A DNA stretch of 63,887 nt, filler included, from Klebsormidium nitens (GCA_000708835.1; 5 parts of 5 records of this genome joined end to end with filler, not necessarily neighbours in it), one strand, 5' to 3'; shown: positions 1 through 13,300, counted from the first letter of the whole stretch. A program made the numbers and translations. The notes: a model not told the origin generated them from the sequence alone.

Positions 1-75
1 TAGACTGTCAGTGTCACTCATAGACTCAGAGGCAGGTAAGGGAACATTCAACAAGGAATCAAGGAAAGGCACGCA

Positions 76-2262
76 ATGGCGGCTGCGGGAGTGGGGCCAG
101 GAAGTGGCAGATCTACTGACATTAACTATGTTTTGATTGTGCACGGGACCTTCTCTGGGCCCAAACTCATTGATGGGAAGGCTCATCTGGAAAATGCTTG
201 GTGGGCGCCTCCTGGTGGTTTTGGCACGACCCTACAGAATGCTTTGAGTGCAAAAGCAGGGAGTTCGTTGGAATGGGACAATGCCGTTTTCCGCGACCGT
301 TTCCTCACATCCAACAACAATCTTTTCTTCTGGGAGGGCAAGAATACGGATGAAAGCCGGGAAAAGGGGCCAAGCAGCTTGCAGAACGTATCTTGGACAT
401 CAGTCAGAAAGACCCCCGTGCTAGAATCTACATTGTCGCCCATAGCCATGGAGGCAATGTGGCGCTTCGAGCGGTAGAAATTGTGCTCTGGCAGCTGGGA
501 GAGCTGGGGGTGCAGGAGCGCGTATCTGCCAGCGAGCAGAATCAGGCTGCTCAAAATTCCAAAGAGGAACTAGATGCTCTGAGGAAGTTGCTTCCTGCAC
601 ATGAGGACAGAAATCGGCTAGGGTCATTGATCTTCCTTGGAACGCCGTTCTTGTACAAGCCAGAGAGGGGTGGTTGGGTGCCTTATCTGGGGCGCTTGTT
701 CGCCAGTATTCTTCATCATCCAAAGATGCCCTTACTATTTCTACTCGTGGGCCTTCTGGCTGTCTCCTTGCTCATCACGGCAGTATACGGGGGAGTCACC
801 AACCGGACAATAGAGATCATCCTCATAGTGCTGTGGGCACTGTTGTTCTGCCGTTCTTGGCTGCTTTCCTCTTCATGGAGAGCCCTCCCTTTAAGGCCTA
901 CAGAACAAAGAAGGCCAGTTCTGCGGGGAACCTCTACCATTTGACAGATCAGAGCTGGTCCAAAAGGATGAACACACTGGTTATCCATGCAGGCCTTCTG
1001 GATGAAGCGTTGTGCATTTTGACCGCCGTGAAACCTTTATTGGAGGTATATGTGCTGCCTCGTCTATCTGAGTACCTGACTATATATCCATTTACAATGG
1101 TAAAGGGTCTGATAAAGCATGAAGAAGCTCTCCTGGACTTCCAGAGGAACATTGCATGGATCCGGATTCACGGTCCGCATGCAGATTCTCAGCAGGGAAG
1201 TTTGTGGACTTCTGAGGGCAGGCAAAACCTGGACGGAAGGCTGCAGGTTGCTTTTTTCGGAAGCCGTGTCAAACAAATGTTGGCATGCTTGGGGTGCCTT
1301 TCCATGGCCATCCTCAAGGTCCTGAGCTGGCCAGTCCTAATCTGTGCCAATCGGTTCGCAGCGTCATTGATCGAACATATCTTTATTGACTTGGCAATGG
1401 GCACAGGCACTGCCGAGCAAGAGGTCAGGAAAGTGAGGTCCAAGCTAAGGGTTTCAGAGAGGCTAGAGCTGGAGCAGTTCCACGACCCTGATGCTTCCCG
1501 ACAGGTTAGTGATGGTCATTCTGTGACACTGGGCCCCAGGGTCACGCACCGTAATGTGCAAAAGATCCTCATTGGTGAAGAAAGGCTTGCAGAGTCTCCC
1601 TTTAAGTTTCTGTGGGAATTAGATCCAGCGGTTGAGGAGCTAGGGCAAGGCATGGGGGGGAAGAGCAATGGAGTGGCCCCTCCAACACCTATGGTAGACA
1701 GGGCTGGCCCGACAGGACCAGCAGTCAAGCCCAGGGAACCAGATCCCAATTCAGCACACCTAACGAGAAGTTCCCCACTGAATGAGGAGACAGGTCCAGT
1801 TATCAGCGAAGGGGTAGGGGAGGCAGAGACTGTTGGGATAGGGGAGCAATCATTAGGAGACTTGGCGGAGGACAGGCCCGGTGTCGGACAAAGGAAAGCG
1901 AAGTCAAGCAAAGGAAAGCGGCTCCCGCAGGTTGGACGGAACCAGAAGTTGCCGTGCAAGTGGGGGCCCAGGCAGCACCAAACTTTGTCCTGGAAGCTTT
2001 CAAGGAGAAACTTGGTCTTGCTAAGATGGTTAGTGAGGAGAGGAAAAGGTTAGAGCTCTTGTCCCGGATGTTGGTTGAGAGGGTGAGGGAAATTGTGGGT
2101 TTGGTAGGTATCCGGCACAGCCTCTACTATAAGAACCAGGACGTGGTCGAGGGGATTGCGGAGTTTCTGGTGACAGGGGGAACTCCCAGCCTGGATGCAA
2201 AGCTGCAGAGTCTCGGTAAGTCTTTACCACATCACCTTTGTAGTATATGGCGGAGTCGATAG
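76..2262 (+). pseudogene. Intronless alpha/beta-hydrolase-fold protein with a central transmembrane segment, split by three single-base frameshifts (pseudogene or sequencing errors)
   Basis: Four consecutive ORFs (76-477, 393-944, 674-2053, 1954-2262) each step one frame back and join into one protein of about 730 aa. Motifs are VLIVHGTF, IVAHSHGGN (nucleophile elbow), LIFLGTPF, a hydrophobic stretch (LLFLLVGLLAVSLLITAVY...), and C-terminal IRHSLYYKNQDVVEGIAEFL (catalytic-His-type motif). Shifts lie near 361-370, 830-850 and 1880-1950. Confidence 0.7.
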
Positions 2263-2710
2263 TCAAGCAACTGCCTGCATGCGGGTTTGCATCTTTGTGA
2301 TTGTACTGAGTCTGTAGGCCTTTTCATGGTGTATCTTTTGAAGGGGTTGTGCAGTGGTAGACTGTCGGTGTCAGTCTCCAGTTGGTCACCACTGCAAATG
2401 CTTGCAACATCCTGTTCATTTTCACTCGATTAATCTGTCGATCATACTGTTTGGCATCGTCAAGGTCGATGTGCTGCCAGATCTAAATTTCAGATCTCAG
2501 GTGGCGCCAACATACTTCTCCCTTTTTCTATGTTCTGGACCCTGTGAGGCTGAAGAACATCAAGTACCGACCCGAATGTTCAGTGACCAAGTATACAGAC
2601 CAACAGGTGATGAGACTAGCTTACCACTTATGAGGCCTTCTTGAGAACCGTTTTCATCTTCGCGGGAATTAGATCAAAGCATGCAGACTCATGAACGTCC
2701 TCACTTATGC

Positions 2711-3290
2711 AGGTACCCCGATCACCCCGCCGCAGGGAACAACCCCTCTAGCAATGCGGAGTCGCGACACAGGTCCAGAATTGCATGACGAGGTGGGGGC
2801 TGATGAGGAGAGAGTGCTTTTCTTTGAAAGATTCTATGTACTTTTTTCTCAACAAATGTTAGTGCCAGCAGCTGCAAATTCTCTCTGAAAGGTGCTGTTG
2901 TATCCACTTCTCATGGGGAGGAGAGCTTTGATGAGCTTTTCAGGAGGAGGATTTTAAATCAACGGTATGCAGCCTTCTGAGATTCTGAATGTGCGAGCAA
3001 CTGGACAGTATGCGAGATTATGTTGTGGTATTTGATTGAGCAGCGGAGTGGTCTCTCTGTGCTTAGGTCCTGATGTGAAAGGCCAAAGCTTTCGTATCCT
3101 CTATATTAAGCCAGATCCACAAATTGCTCAATAATGGAAAATCCGGTCTTCTTATGCAGACTTTGATCGACCCCCTGGAAAAGGGTCCGGAGATTGCTTC
3201 CAATGAGCGCCAGCGTATGCAACAATCGGGAGGAAAGCCTTTCGCCGAGCTTGTTGGAGGAATTGTGGTCGACCAACTCGGGGATATGGT
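2711..3290 (+). pseudogene. Decayed coding relic, possibly a downstream exon of the hydrolase gene
   Basis: The acceptor ttatgcag|gt at about 2711 is phase-compatible with the donor ctcg|gtaagt at about 2216. Protein-like reading continues through several TGA/TAG/TAA interruptions and ends at a gtgagt donor near 3288. No family recognised. Confidence 0.3.
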
Positions 3291-3699
3291 GAGTCCGAAG
3301 AAGTAACACCTTTTCAACACAAGGCAAAGCCTTACTGGTTCATCTACAATCAAGCTTGCAAAGAGGTTTGGTTACCTGTAGGATTCGAATCGAAACGTAA
3401 GCGGCAAAGTGTGCACTTGTAGTCACAGGTTTGGTCGTTCAGGTTTGGCAACAAAGCTGAGGTCAACCAATTAGGAGGCCTGCCTCGATCTCCATCGTAT
3501 GTGGGTCGTCCTAGTCAGTCCTGTGACGGTACGTCGGAATTGTCCAGTCCACGCGATTAAGCTCCCACAAGCGTTGGGCGCTGTGATTCTTGAGTGCTTA
3601 TAATCAAACGGCGCACTAAAGGCTTCCCAAAAGCCCGTGCTTGCATTTTTCCGTGCGAAAAACCTTAGAAGGGAACGATCTGAGAAAATTCTAAAGTCG

Positions 3700-5500
3700 A
3701 CGAATGCGGATAAGTTCTGCAGACGTATCACTGTCTGCTCTGAATGCATTCTTGTCATTGCAGGAGAAACAGGTTTGTCCTGCCGAGTCGCAAGAGGAGG
3801 AGAACCGGAAGCAGAAGCACCCAGAGGTATCGCTTCAGGTAATCACAGTTGATAAGTGAATTTCTGCGCTTGTCATTGCAAGCTGTTCATGAAAGCATAG
3901 GCGACCGCCTCAGTAGCCGCTTGCTGGTTGTTTTGCGCAAGTTTCCAGTCTATTTCGGTTGCCATTCGACGTTTCCAACAATTCTGGAAAGACGCTGTCC
4001 AAAGCACAGGAAGGAGCGGAAATGGTCAAAATTGATTCAGATTGGTAGGTCGAATCGGTCAAAGGCGTTCCGCTCCGTGGACAAAGTCTTTCCGTTTGAC
4101 GGACTGACAGTTCATTCGCTTCAGTGCTTTGTGATTCTTTACTGCTCTTTCCTGATCCACAGTCGCTCAAACGACCACTTAAGGGGGTCCTTTGCCGCAC
4201 TACTTCAGGGAATCTTGTTTTTCGACTCGAAAAGTCCAGTGATCCTTTTCGAACAAACACCTTGAACCGAAACTGGATTCAATTCTGTTTTATAGGGCGA
4301 GGAGGACGAAGACTCGGTGGCCACAAGGAGGTTGGAGAGCCTCATCAGTGTTGCGGAGGCTCGTTCGACGCTCTTCGAGACGTTCAATGCTAACCAGAAG
4401 GTAACGACCTGTCTCAAGACTTCATAGACTGCCATGCAGTCTGCAAAAAGCGAGTTGTTCGGTCGATTGGCCCCGTCTTAAAACCATTCGGAGGCAGCGT
4501 TTCGTTGGCTTGGGATCTTTCTCAGCTCGGTCAGAACGTAAATTTTTTGAGGTGCCAATCACGGTTCGCTAAGCAAACCAGACTTTTAGCGGCAGCAAAC
4601 GTGTGTGTGGACCTTTGCGAAACATAAAGTCCTCGAGTCTTTCTGAATCTCTTCGGCAGCATTTCTTTCTGAATCTCTTCGGCAGCATTCTTGAATTGTA
4701 TCATCTTTGCTACGATACCTCAGGCCCATAATTGATGCATCGAAGCGAAACCGTCATCCATTATGGCACCATCCCAGAAATAGAAGGGGAGCTTCACGAG
4801 ACCTGTCCTGTTTCATACGTACGTGGGATTTTTTCTCAGCTTGAGTTTGAAAGATCCTCAGCGAGTATCGTCCCGAGAAATTTGTGCGCTCTTCTTGCTG
4901 GACGTCTGGCTCCCTGCAAAGTCGAGCTTAGGGAGGCCTCGGGCTCTGGAGTTTTCTGATAACTTTGGACTTATCATTCTTCAAAACAGTGCGGCATGGA
5001 TCCGCACAGCAAGGATGAAAGATGCGTCGTATTTGCGATACGTACAGGGGCTTGTCCACGATTCCGGGCTGGTTCTCAACAGCCGGGAGCTTGCGGATAG
5101 TCTGTACAAACTTCTCTTGGAAGCAGAACGAGTCCTACTTCCCGCGCTTGCGACCAGAGGCTACAACGCCATCAAGGGATTGTCGGCTATTCTCGAGAGG
5201 GTGAGCCGCACCTTTTCCTGAAGATTCATAAGCTGGTCAACTTTGGCACCCATGTCGCAGTATGCTTAGGTCCTTGTAAAGGCGTATGTCTGTTCACAAA
5301 GGTATGCCATGGAAAGAGTCAGGCCTTGACAGAACAGCTAAGCAGTCTGCTAAGAAAGCTGGCGGGTTTCAATTGTTGATCGGCTTTAAGCAGCTTGCGA
5401 AGAAGCTATCGACGTTGGAAAATGGGTTGATTGGATTATTAAATTTGTTTGCTCGATGAGTTTGATTGATTTTGTACACGTCCAACTGAAATGATCAGAG
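3700..5500 (-). pseudogene. Probable decayed gene of unknown family
   Basis: Protein-like minus-strand fragments (e.g. MAVYEVLRQVVTFWLALNVSKSVERASATLMRLSNLL, 4205-4435) are broken by stops and contain a 26-bp tandem duplication. No motif recognised. Confidence 0.25.
4638..4689. repeat. Perfect 26-bp tandem duplication
   Basis: tctttctgaatctcttcggcagcatt occurs at 4638-4663 and 4664-4689. Confidence 0.95.
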
Positions 5501-6512
5501 TTTGCCCGCAACCTGCAGACTCGGCAATGTAGCGAAAAAATAGACCATTGTCGTTCAGCTAAAGGAGTGGCATACTGTCATACAGTCCTTGAGGTCACAT
5601 TCGTTTAGGGTGCAGGTGTCTCATGGAGGACTTGGTTGTATCAACCTCCATGACAAGTTGCAGACGGAAAGAATTTTCCTAACGAAGTAGGATCAAGCGG
5701 TCAAGGCTTACTTTTATCAGGTCTCCTTTCGAAGCCGGGGTCACTGTTGCTGTAGGGTTGACCGACTTCAGATTTGACGGTCCGTTAAGAGAGAGCCCGG
5801 ATAAGCGAGAGGTCCTTGTGCCAGCTGCTTCAATTGGATGACTTCCTCTTGAACGGGATACATCTTTGCAGTACGAGGACTCAAGGTCAACATCCGGCAC
5901 CAGCGGATGATCGGGGAAAGTCGGCCTTTTGTGTGCGGCGCAGCTAGTTGTTTATGAGTTCTGTTGCGGGTACCAAACTTCATTTATAGGCATTATAGGC
6001 CGGGCGTAAACAGCCCCATAGGGGTCGACTTATCGTGAGTGCGTAGAAGACAACAGAAAGTGTTCAATGTCGCAGTCTGGGTTGAGAACTACGGAAGTAG
6101 CGGCTAGCTGCTGAAATTAGGCCCGCCCCGCTCTGGCCTGAAAGAGGAAGGCCAGTATTAGCTCCTCCGTCCGACATGGCGATGAAGCAGGAACCATGGA
6201 TCTTGAACCATGACTCAAGAACAGATATTCTGAAATAGTTGTGCCGCAACTCAATGAAATGCAGCACGCGCATATACCGTCGATTCAGCTCAAGCCTGGG
6301 CTCAGCCTTTATTGCATGCGCATGTGCATATCACCTAGCTTGGCAGCACAATTGCGCATCAAGTATATGTGCAGGCCGGCCTTATGCAGTTAAAGGGCTG
6401 TTATCCAGCTACTTTTGTTAACCAATAAAATGGTTGTTGCAGACAGCGGACTTTGGCTAGTGAATCTGCAAGCTGCAGATATAAATCTGCACTGATGTGT
6501 CTACTTCAATTC

Positions 6513-6536
6513 TGTACTACCGGATCCGGTAGTACA
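6513..6536. repeat. Perfect 24-bp palindrome
   Basis: tgtactaccggatccggtagtaca equals its own reverse complement. Confidence 0.95.
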
Positions 6537-7368
6537 CTTTCTTGCGCTACATTGCCGAGTGAATTCTGAATCCCACATGGCTAGAGAAAGCACGAGTTGA
6601 ACTGCTATAAGACTATGCATGTTGATCACCATCTTGGCTGCCAACTTGTGCCGTTGTTCGAGAGCATGTTTTGTGAAGGTGATGTTAGCGATTATAAGCG
6701 TATGTTAAAGACGTGATTGTTAGTTATATAAGTCTCAGAAGCTAAAACATCCTAGCGCTTGAATTAAAATAAATTGCATGTCTCTCTAGTCACGCGTATG
6801 CCGAGCGCTGTTGACAGCAAAAGGCTCAACACCTGAAAGTCTTGCATACTACTTGTGTAAAGCTTTTTGTCTTCGTAGACCTCGCAACTCAACAATCTAT
6901 CTTACAACGGGGTGTTTTTGTTCGGGAAACTCAATCCCTTAGTTTGACGGCTTTGATATGGCGTTATGCTACAAGTTTTGACGGCCCATTTGATTTGATA
7001 AGCTAACAATACGTTCCGCCGAGCCAAACTCCAGAGGTGCTTACAAGATAGCCGGCCTGCTGCTATTGCTATAACGGCTACTAAAACAGATTTCAAACGG
7101 AATCAGCGCTAGTATCTGGAGAGACGTTAGCCACGGCTCCTCCCCTGTGATACCTTCCACCTATATGACCAATCACACCTAATAAGGGGAACGCTCGAGG
7201 CTCGCGGGCTCTCTTCGAAAGTTCTGGAAAGGCGCCTCGATCCTTTCCATCTTCCTTATACCTCTTTGAAATACCTACCTTTCACACACAAGCTCATAGA
7301 TACCATAACCAAGTAAAGGGCACAAACACGCGCACAGCGCGAGCGGGACGCGCGGCGCGGCCGCCGCC

Positions 7369-10300
7369 CTAGATTTCGAGCCGGTCCCCTTCAGTCGCTC
7401 GCTCATTCTCGTTGGCCGTGGGCTGTGCGTCGGCCCTGCCGGTCTCCAACACTGAGGCCAGCGCTCTGGCAGCCTGTACAAAATAAGGTCAGATGTGGTG
7501 TCAATTGCGAAAGCGCTGGTGGAGAGCAGGACTGAAGTAATTTGCAGCGAGTATTGGCATCGGAAATTCAGCAAAGAGTACCACGAGAATAGCTGCTGTC
7601 TGCCTGTGCGTGGGCATCGAAGATCTGGAATCACGGGTCCACGTTCGCACTTGTAGGCGTAGCTGAGGGTTTCGTGGTAATTTTCGTTTTGATTTTAGGG
7701 ATCAAGCAGATCGCCGCTGAAATGCTGCGGAAACTTAAGTGGACGTTTCCAATAGCAGGTCGTAAACACCATTGCATTTACAGGAGAAAAATATTACAGC
7801 CAGACAGCCCCCACCGACAGAAAACTTGGAACCCCTTTAGGCGGATGTGAAGGCATTTGATGTGATGCGAAACGAAATGACTCCGTTGCGTGGGTGTAGC
7901 GAGAGATGCTCACCTGACGTGGCCAGTTTGTGAAGGCGACAGCTGTCGCAAGGAACGCGGCCTGGCACGTGACTCCCAGGATCTGACCTCCCACGAGACC
8001 CTGCAAGCGGGAACATAGATAAGGGAGGAATCATTAGCGCTGGGACAAAGGCAAACAAAGAACAACAGGATATGAAAATTTGGAATGTTGGAGATTTGAT
8101 CGTCTGCGATTGGAAGGCCTGGCAGCCATGCCGTAAAAATAACAACAAGAGCAGTTTGTAACGAGCCTCAAGCCAAAAGCTTGGTTTCAATCGGCAAAGA
8201 CTATTCGAAAAAGGTGGCAACAGAGAAGAGGGTGCTATGACGAGACGAGCCACGTGTAACGGATGTGACACGTGTCGCTCACCCAGATGCCCAGCTTGAA
8301 GCCAAACGCCAGCGCGGCGCACGTGGGCAGCCCTATGACGTAGTAAGCCGAAAGAGTGATTGTCGCGCCGAGCGGCTGACGTCCGCAGCCGCGAATAACA
8401 CCTGCACATGTGAAGAATGCATCTGGAAACCAACCTTACGATGGGCAGGAGAAGTACGGTTCTACCTTCGGGAAGGGATGCATAAGCAGATCATCGAAAC
8501 AAGCTCACCGCCGGCGTTCTGAGGATTCACGTCCAAGAACGCGAGGCACACGAGGATCACCTTGAAAGCTGCTTAGAGCATGAAATAACATCCCAAAGAA
8601 CGTCTAGACCAGGTTCTCTGTGCATTTGTGACTGGAAAACACGTTCTCGCAAATGATAGGCAGGAGAAGGACGGTGACAACTTCCGGAGAAGAGGCAAAA
8701 CGGAGAATGTCCAGAAAAGCTCACCTCCGGCGTTTTGCGAGATGGCGTCCGAGAACGCGAGGCAGGCCAGGATCATCATGAGCTGGGTGGAGAGGCGCAG
8801 CACTTTGGTGTCTTCGGCACTAACGAAGATGAGCGGCACCCAGCGCGCGGTCGCCAGGATGATCGCGCACACGCACACCCCCAGGAACGCGCCCGCGGTG
8901 AGGCCGACGCGCGCGGCCACGCGCGCTTTGGTGCTGGAGTTGGAGCCGAGCTCGGTGGACACGCGCGTGCTGCGCGGAGAGAACGGGACTTTTCTCAGGC
9001 GGGCCCGCGAGGTGAAGTTTTGGAACGTCTTGAATCTTAATCTTTCAGGATGTTGGGGAAGTCGAGCGCGACGAATGTCATGTCTTCAATCGTCAACCGC
9101 TGAGTGATCGTATAGAATCCACATTAAAAGGTGGCTGCTTCCGGACTTAACTTGCCATTGTTGAGGTGTAGGTGCAACGTGACATTAAGCGCAGACTATT
9201 TCGCCGATCAATCAGTCATCATCTATGCGCTTTGCACAAACTGGCTAATCCTTGCAGCATCACAGAAAAGGACTCTCGACCTTCCAGCAACAATGAAACA
9301 TTCTTTATTGCAGTTAGTGAATAGAGGAGTTCATCTTTGAACATCTGGGAGCACGTGAGTCTTTGAGATCAGGCTCACCTCAGCGCGGCTCCCAGCCCAA
9401 TGTACGTCATGGATGCGAGCCACGACGCGTTCATGCTGCACAGCGGATTTGACACGTGTCAGTCAGTATTGCAGTCGGGGTTTCCGTGCTGACGATCCGT
9501 GACGGGTCATCAACGTTGAACGGGTGCTGGCCCTTCGCTTCGTGTGCTCCACATTATGCGCCGTCACGCCTGAAATTTGGTGTTTAGATAAGCTGGTGAT
9601 CATGACTTGAAAGAGATTTAGGAGGCCGTGGATTAACCTGGAAGATTTGCTGATTCGTGAAGTCGTTAGCCCTCACACACGGACGGAGTTGGGAATCTGT
9701 TTGCGGCTTTCATGAGTTGCTGACGTGGAAACTTCCGGACACTCACACTACGGACAGTCCGTTCTAGAAACAGTCTGCAGCTTCCACGAGCTGCTGAGTT
9801 AAGAGGTTTCGGACACTCACGCGACGGACAGTGCGGACACGACGACGATCGGGTCCGGCAGCAGCCCCGCCAGGATGTACAGAATGTCGAACGCCCAGAA
9901 CTCGAGGCTGCGGAAACGAACAGCGGAACGGGAGTGAGCCGACTCGGCCACTCTTTTTTATTCGTACTGGGCTAGATACGGACCTAGATGCTCTAGATGG
10001 AGATTGCAGGGAAGTGGAGACAGCATTCGAACAATGGGCATACAACCATGCGCGCGGCCAGAACAGTGATTTGAAGGATTGTTTTGATTCAATGACCACG
10101 ATACAACTGGATTGTCAGTGTGGTCAGCACCAGAGGCTACGAAAGAAGCAGGAAGAGAGGGCAGCCATCCCCAACAGTTCGTTTTCAAGATTTTCATTGC
10201 GCAGGTAAGTCACGCACGGTCCGCAGATGCTGTCCGAACCATTTCAAAGCCTTGACAGAGTGCAACAAAGTAAAATTTCCGTCTGCTCTGAGAGATGTAA

Positions 10301-13300
10301 GCGGTTTACAGAGCCCCCTTGCTGGAGCACGACCGTTCATTCTTCATAGTGACAGCCTGGGTCACACAGTAGGAACGTCCAAAGGGCGCCGATGGAATCC
10401 TCACCACCCTTCAACCACAGAACCATTAATTAAAGCTACGAAACCATATACCTCAGACCTTCACGTCCCAATACCCGAAAAATATGGTCGACGTGGCGCA
10501 AGCGTGAGGAGCTGCCGCCACTTTCATCTTGCGGTTCTCGTGTTGGACAATGTGGACAATAAGACGTGTACAAACCGCTACGTGTCCGACAAACTCACCA
10601 GAGCATGACGGTGGACGGCGCCGCCAGCTTGACGAGCGGCCGCCAGTTGCGGAAGGTTTTGTTCCACGCGAAGCGCGGCCGCGAGGGCGCGTAGCGCTTG
10701 GTGAAGTACACGTGTGCGGCCAGGATGAGGAACATGACGCAGTAGGAGATCGACGTGGCGATCGCGGCGCCGTCGGATTTCCAGCCCAGGTAGTAGATTA
10801 AGAGCCTGCATGACGTCAAAACGACGTGAAGATGAATTGAGGGTAACGGGTGTTGGTATTGAGAATGGCAATGGGGCGACATAGAGCAATTGTGTTCGCA
10901 ACGCCAAACGAATTGGAAGCTCGTATCCAAATGTGATGGGTTCTCTTTCTCAAAGGACAACTTCTTCCACTCATGCCTTCGCTCTCGTGCTGGCAGCAGA
11001 TGTACTTCACTTCTGTAAGCGACGAATGAATCGAAGGCAGAGCCGTCCAAAGAGAATGGAGTAAAAGTGGTCCCAGTGCCTTTCCTTTTCATGGGCCCTA
11101 CTCTGCAGCCTCTATCACAAGAAGAGTGGGAGTCAAACTCACGGCCCCTTTCCTATAGCCTCGATCCACAACGAGAACTTTACAAGCTAATCACCTAATT
11201 TCCGCAATCCAGAGAAGGGTTGGTGAGTTCCACCGGCCCTGTTTTGGCAGCTTTTTCCTTTGACGAGGGTGACAGCTCTCCCAGAGTGTTTACACCTCTT
11301 CTGCAGACTTCACATCAACGGAGGCATTTTGGAGAATCTGCATTCCTCAAAGATGCAAACCCACTCACCAGTTGGCCGGCACGTGCAGCACCAGAGTCAG
11401 TGCAGAACACCACGCGAGCGGCCCCGTGACCCCCTGGGACTGTAGAAACACGACTAGCGGCGCAGACCATGCGTGCGCAAACATGCTAGGGATGAGGAAG
11501 ATCAGGTAGCGCGCCGCCATTTTCGCCAGTTCGGGGTCTTGTCCCAGTAAGAGGAGAATCGGGTAGGCTTGAGTCCATATGGCGCAGACGAGTACAGCAA
11601 CTAGGGTGAGGAGAATGACGGAGCATAGCATCATGTGGCCGAGCTCGGTGTACTGGCCCGCGCCAAACGCGCGCCCGCCGAGGGTCTCGAAGCCGAGGAT
11701 CATGCCAATCTGCGGGGGAATTTTATTTGTGACAAGATCAAGAGATCCAGAATATAGCAGGTGAACGCTTTCCGTTGCTCGAACTTTTGTGGGAGCAAGA
11801 AATAAAAGATACGAAAATTGGTAAAAGAACGCCTACTAGTCGCTCAGGGTCTCGAAGCCAAGGATCATGCCGATCTGCGGGGAAGGTGGAGAGGAGAAGA
11901 GGGGGTTTGTGCGTGGCAAGAGATTGATGAACACGAAGAGGGGCAAAAGAATGCCTTCAGTTGCCCAGGGTCTCGAAACCGAGGATCATGCCCACTTATC
12001 TGCGGAAAAGATGGAGGGTGTTTTTGTAAGGTGAGAGATTACAGATACGAAAAATGAAGCAAACGAACGCCTTCAGTTGCCTAGGGTTATGGAGCAGAGG
12101 ATCCTGCCAATTTGAGGGGAAAGATAGGGACAATTGCCGCGAGTGGCGAGAGATTGACACTCATTAGAGCCGTCTGGAGGTGACGACCCAGAATCTTAGG
12201 TGTGGAAATGCTTGAAGTTTCGAATGGATCTTTCTGCAACCTATTTGTGACTGGTGCCCCGCATGTGGTTTCGAGGAGCATGCCAATACCCAGTTGAAAA
12301 ATTTGCTGCTTCCAAATTAGAGGCCCACGAAAAGATTTCAAGAAACCCGCGTTGCTGTTTACATGCAAAGGTATTGCTGCCAAAGCTTTCTGGAGCCAAG
12401 TGGCCCACAAATTAGAGCTGTTTCATGCAAGGCAGAAGAAGTTATGATCTAGTGAGGAAAGATGGCGTCATCGCATGCTGCTCAACTAACTTTGCCATTG
12501 TTAAAAGTGTCGTCATTGGACAGATTTTGTTCCTGTTACAAACATACGGAATGTGAGGATCCTGCTAGCAGAAGAGATACCGCCAGCGCTACGCTTGTAT
12601 CTTGGAACCATTTTCAGACTTATGTGCTAAGTACATGGCCAGGAAATGAAGCTCAAAACTTCTGAACTCTCTTACATTATCTTCTTCCGGAACACCTCTG
12701 CCCTGAAGCGTGTTGATAAGCACATGGTTGTACACCTCTTCTTTTGTCAAAGGCCATGGGTTTGATTGTGGTTCAAGTGCCCATTAACAAGGCTTGGTCA
12801 ACATCCGGCCATTCCTGTGTGTACTACTCGTGCGCTTTCTTATAGTCAGCTCAAAGTGAAGCCAGCACCAACATCAGCACCACTTCCAAGGTCTGAAAGC
12901 TGTCTTCAAGGAAAAATGAGGGCACTGAAAGAGTACAGGACCATAACCATCTTCCACTTGTGCAGCTTGACATTCAGAGGTATAGACTAGCTTCGAGCAG
13001 ATTAGACACGCTCTGCTAGACATCGACCGACCAGTCAACACCAGGACCGACCAATTAACAGCAGGACCAGAAGTGTTGCTATGGCACCACCACCTCCACT
13101 TCATCAACATACCCCGAGCTCAAAATCCATTCCTTGATTCCATATACCACCACTATATGCAAGCCCACAGGAGCTGCCAAAGTGACGCACTGCCAACCGC
13201 TTACAAGCAAATGTACCACCAGCGTACATTCATCCATCATGACCATTTGTAGAGCTGTGGTAACATAGAGAGATCAGAGAATGCAAGCAAAGTTGAAAGA

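Noticed and set aside
8628-9107. Plus-strand ORFs over the MATE, BAHD, DUF900, gag and terminal ORFs
   Set aside because: Antisense shadows of GC-rich coding sequence with no independent motifs.
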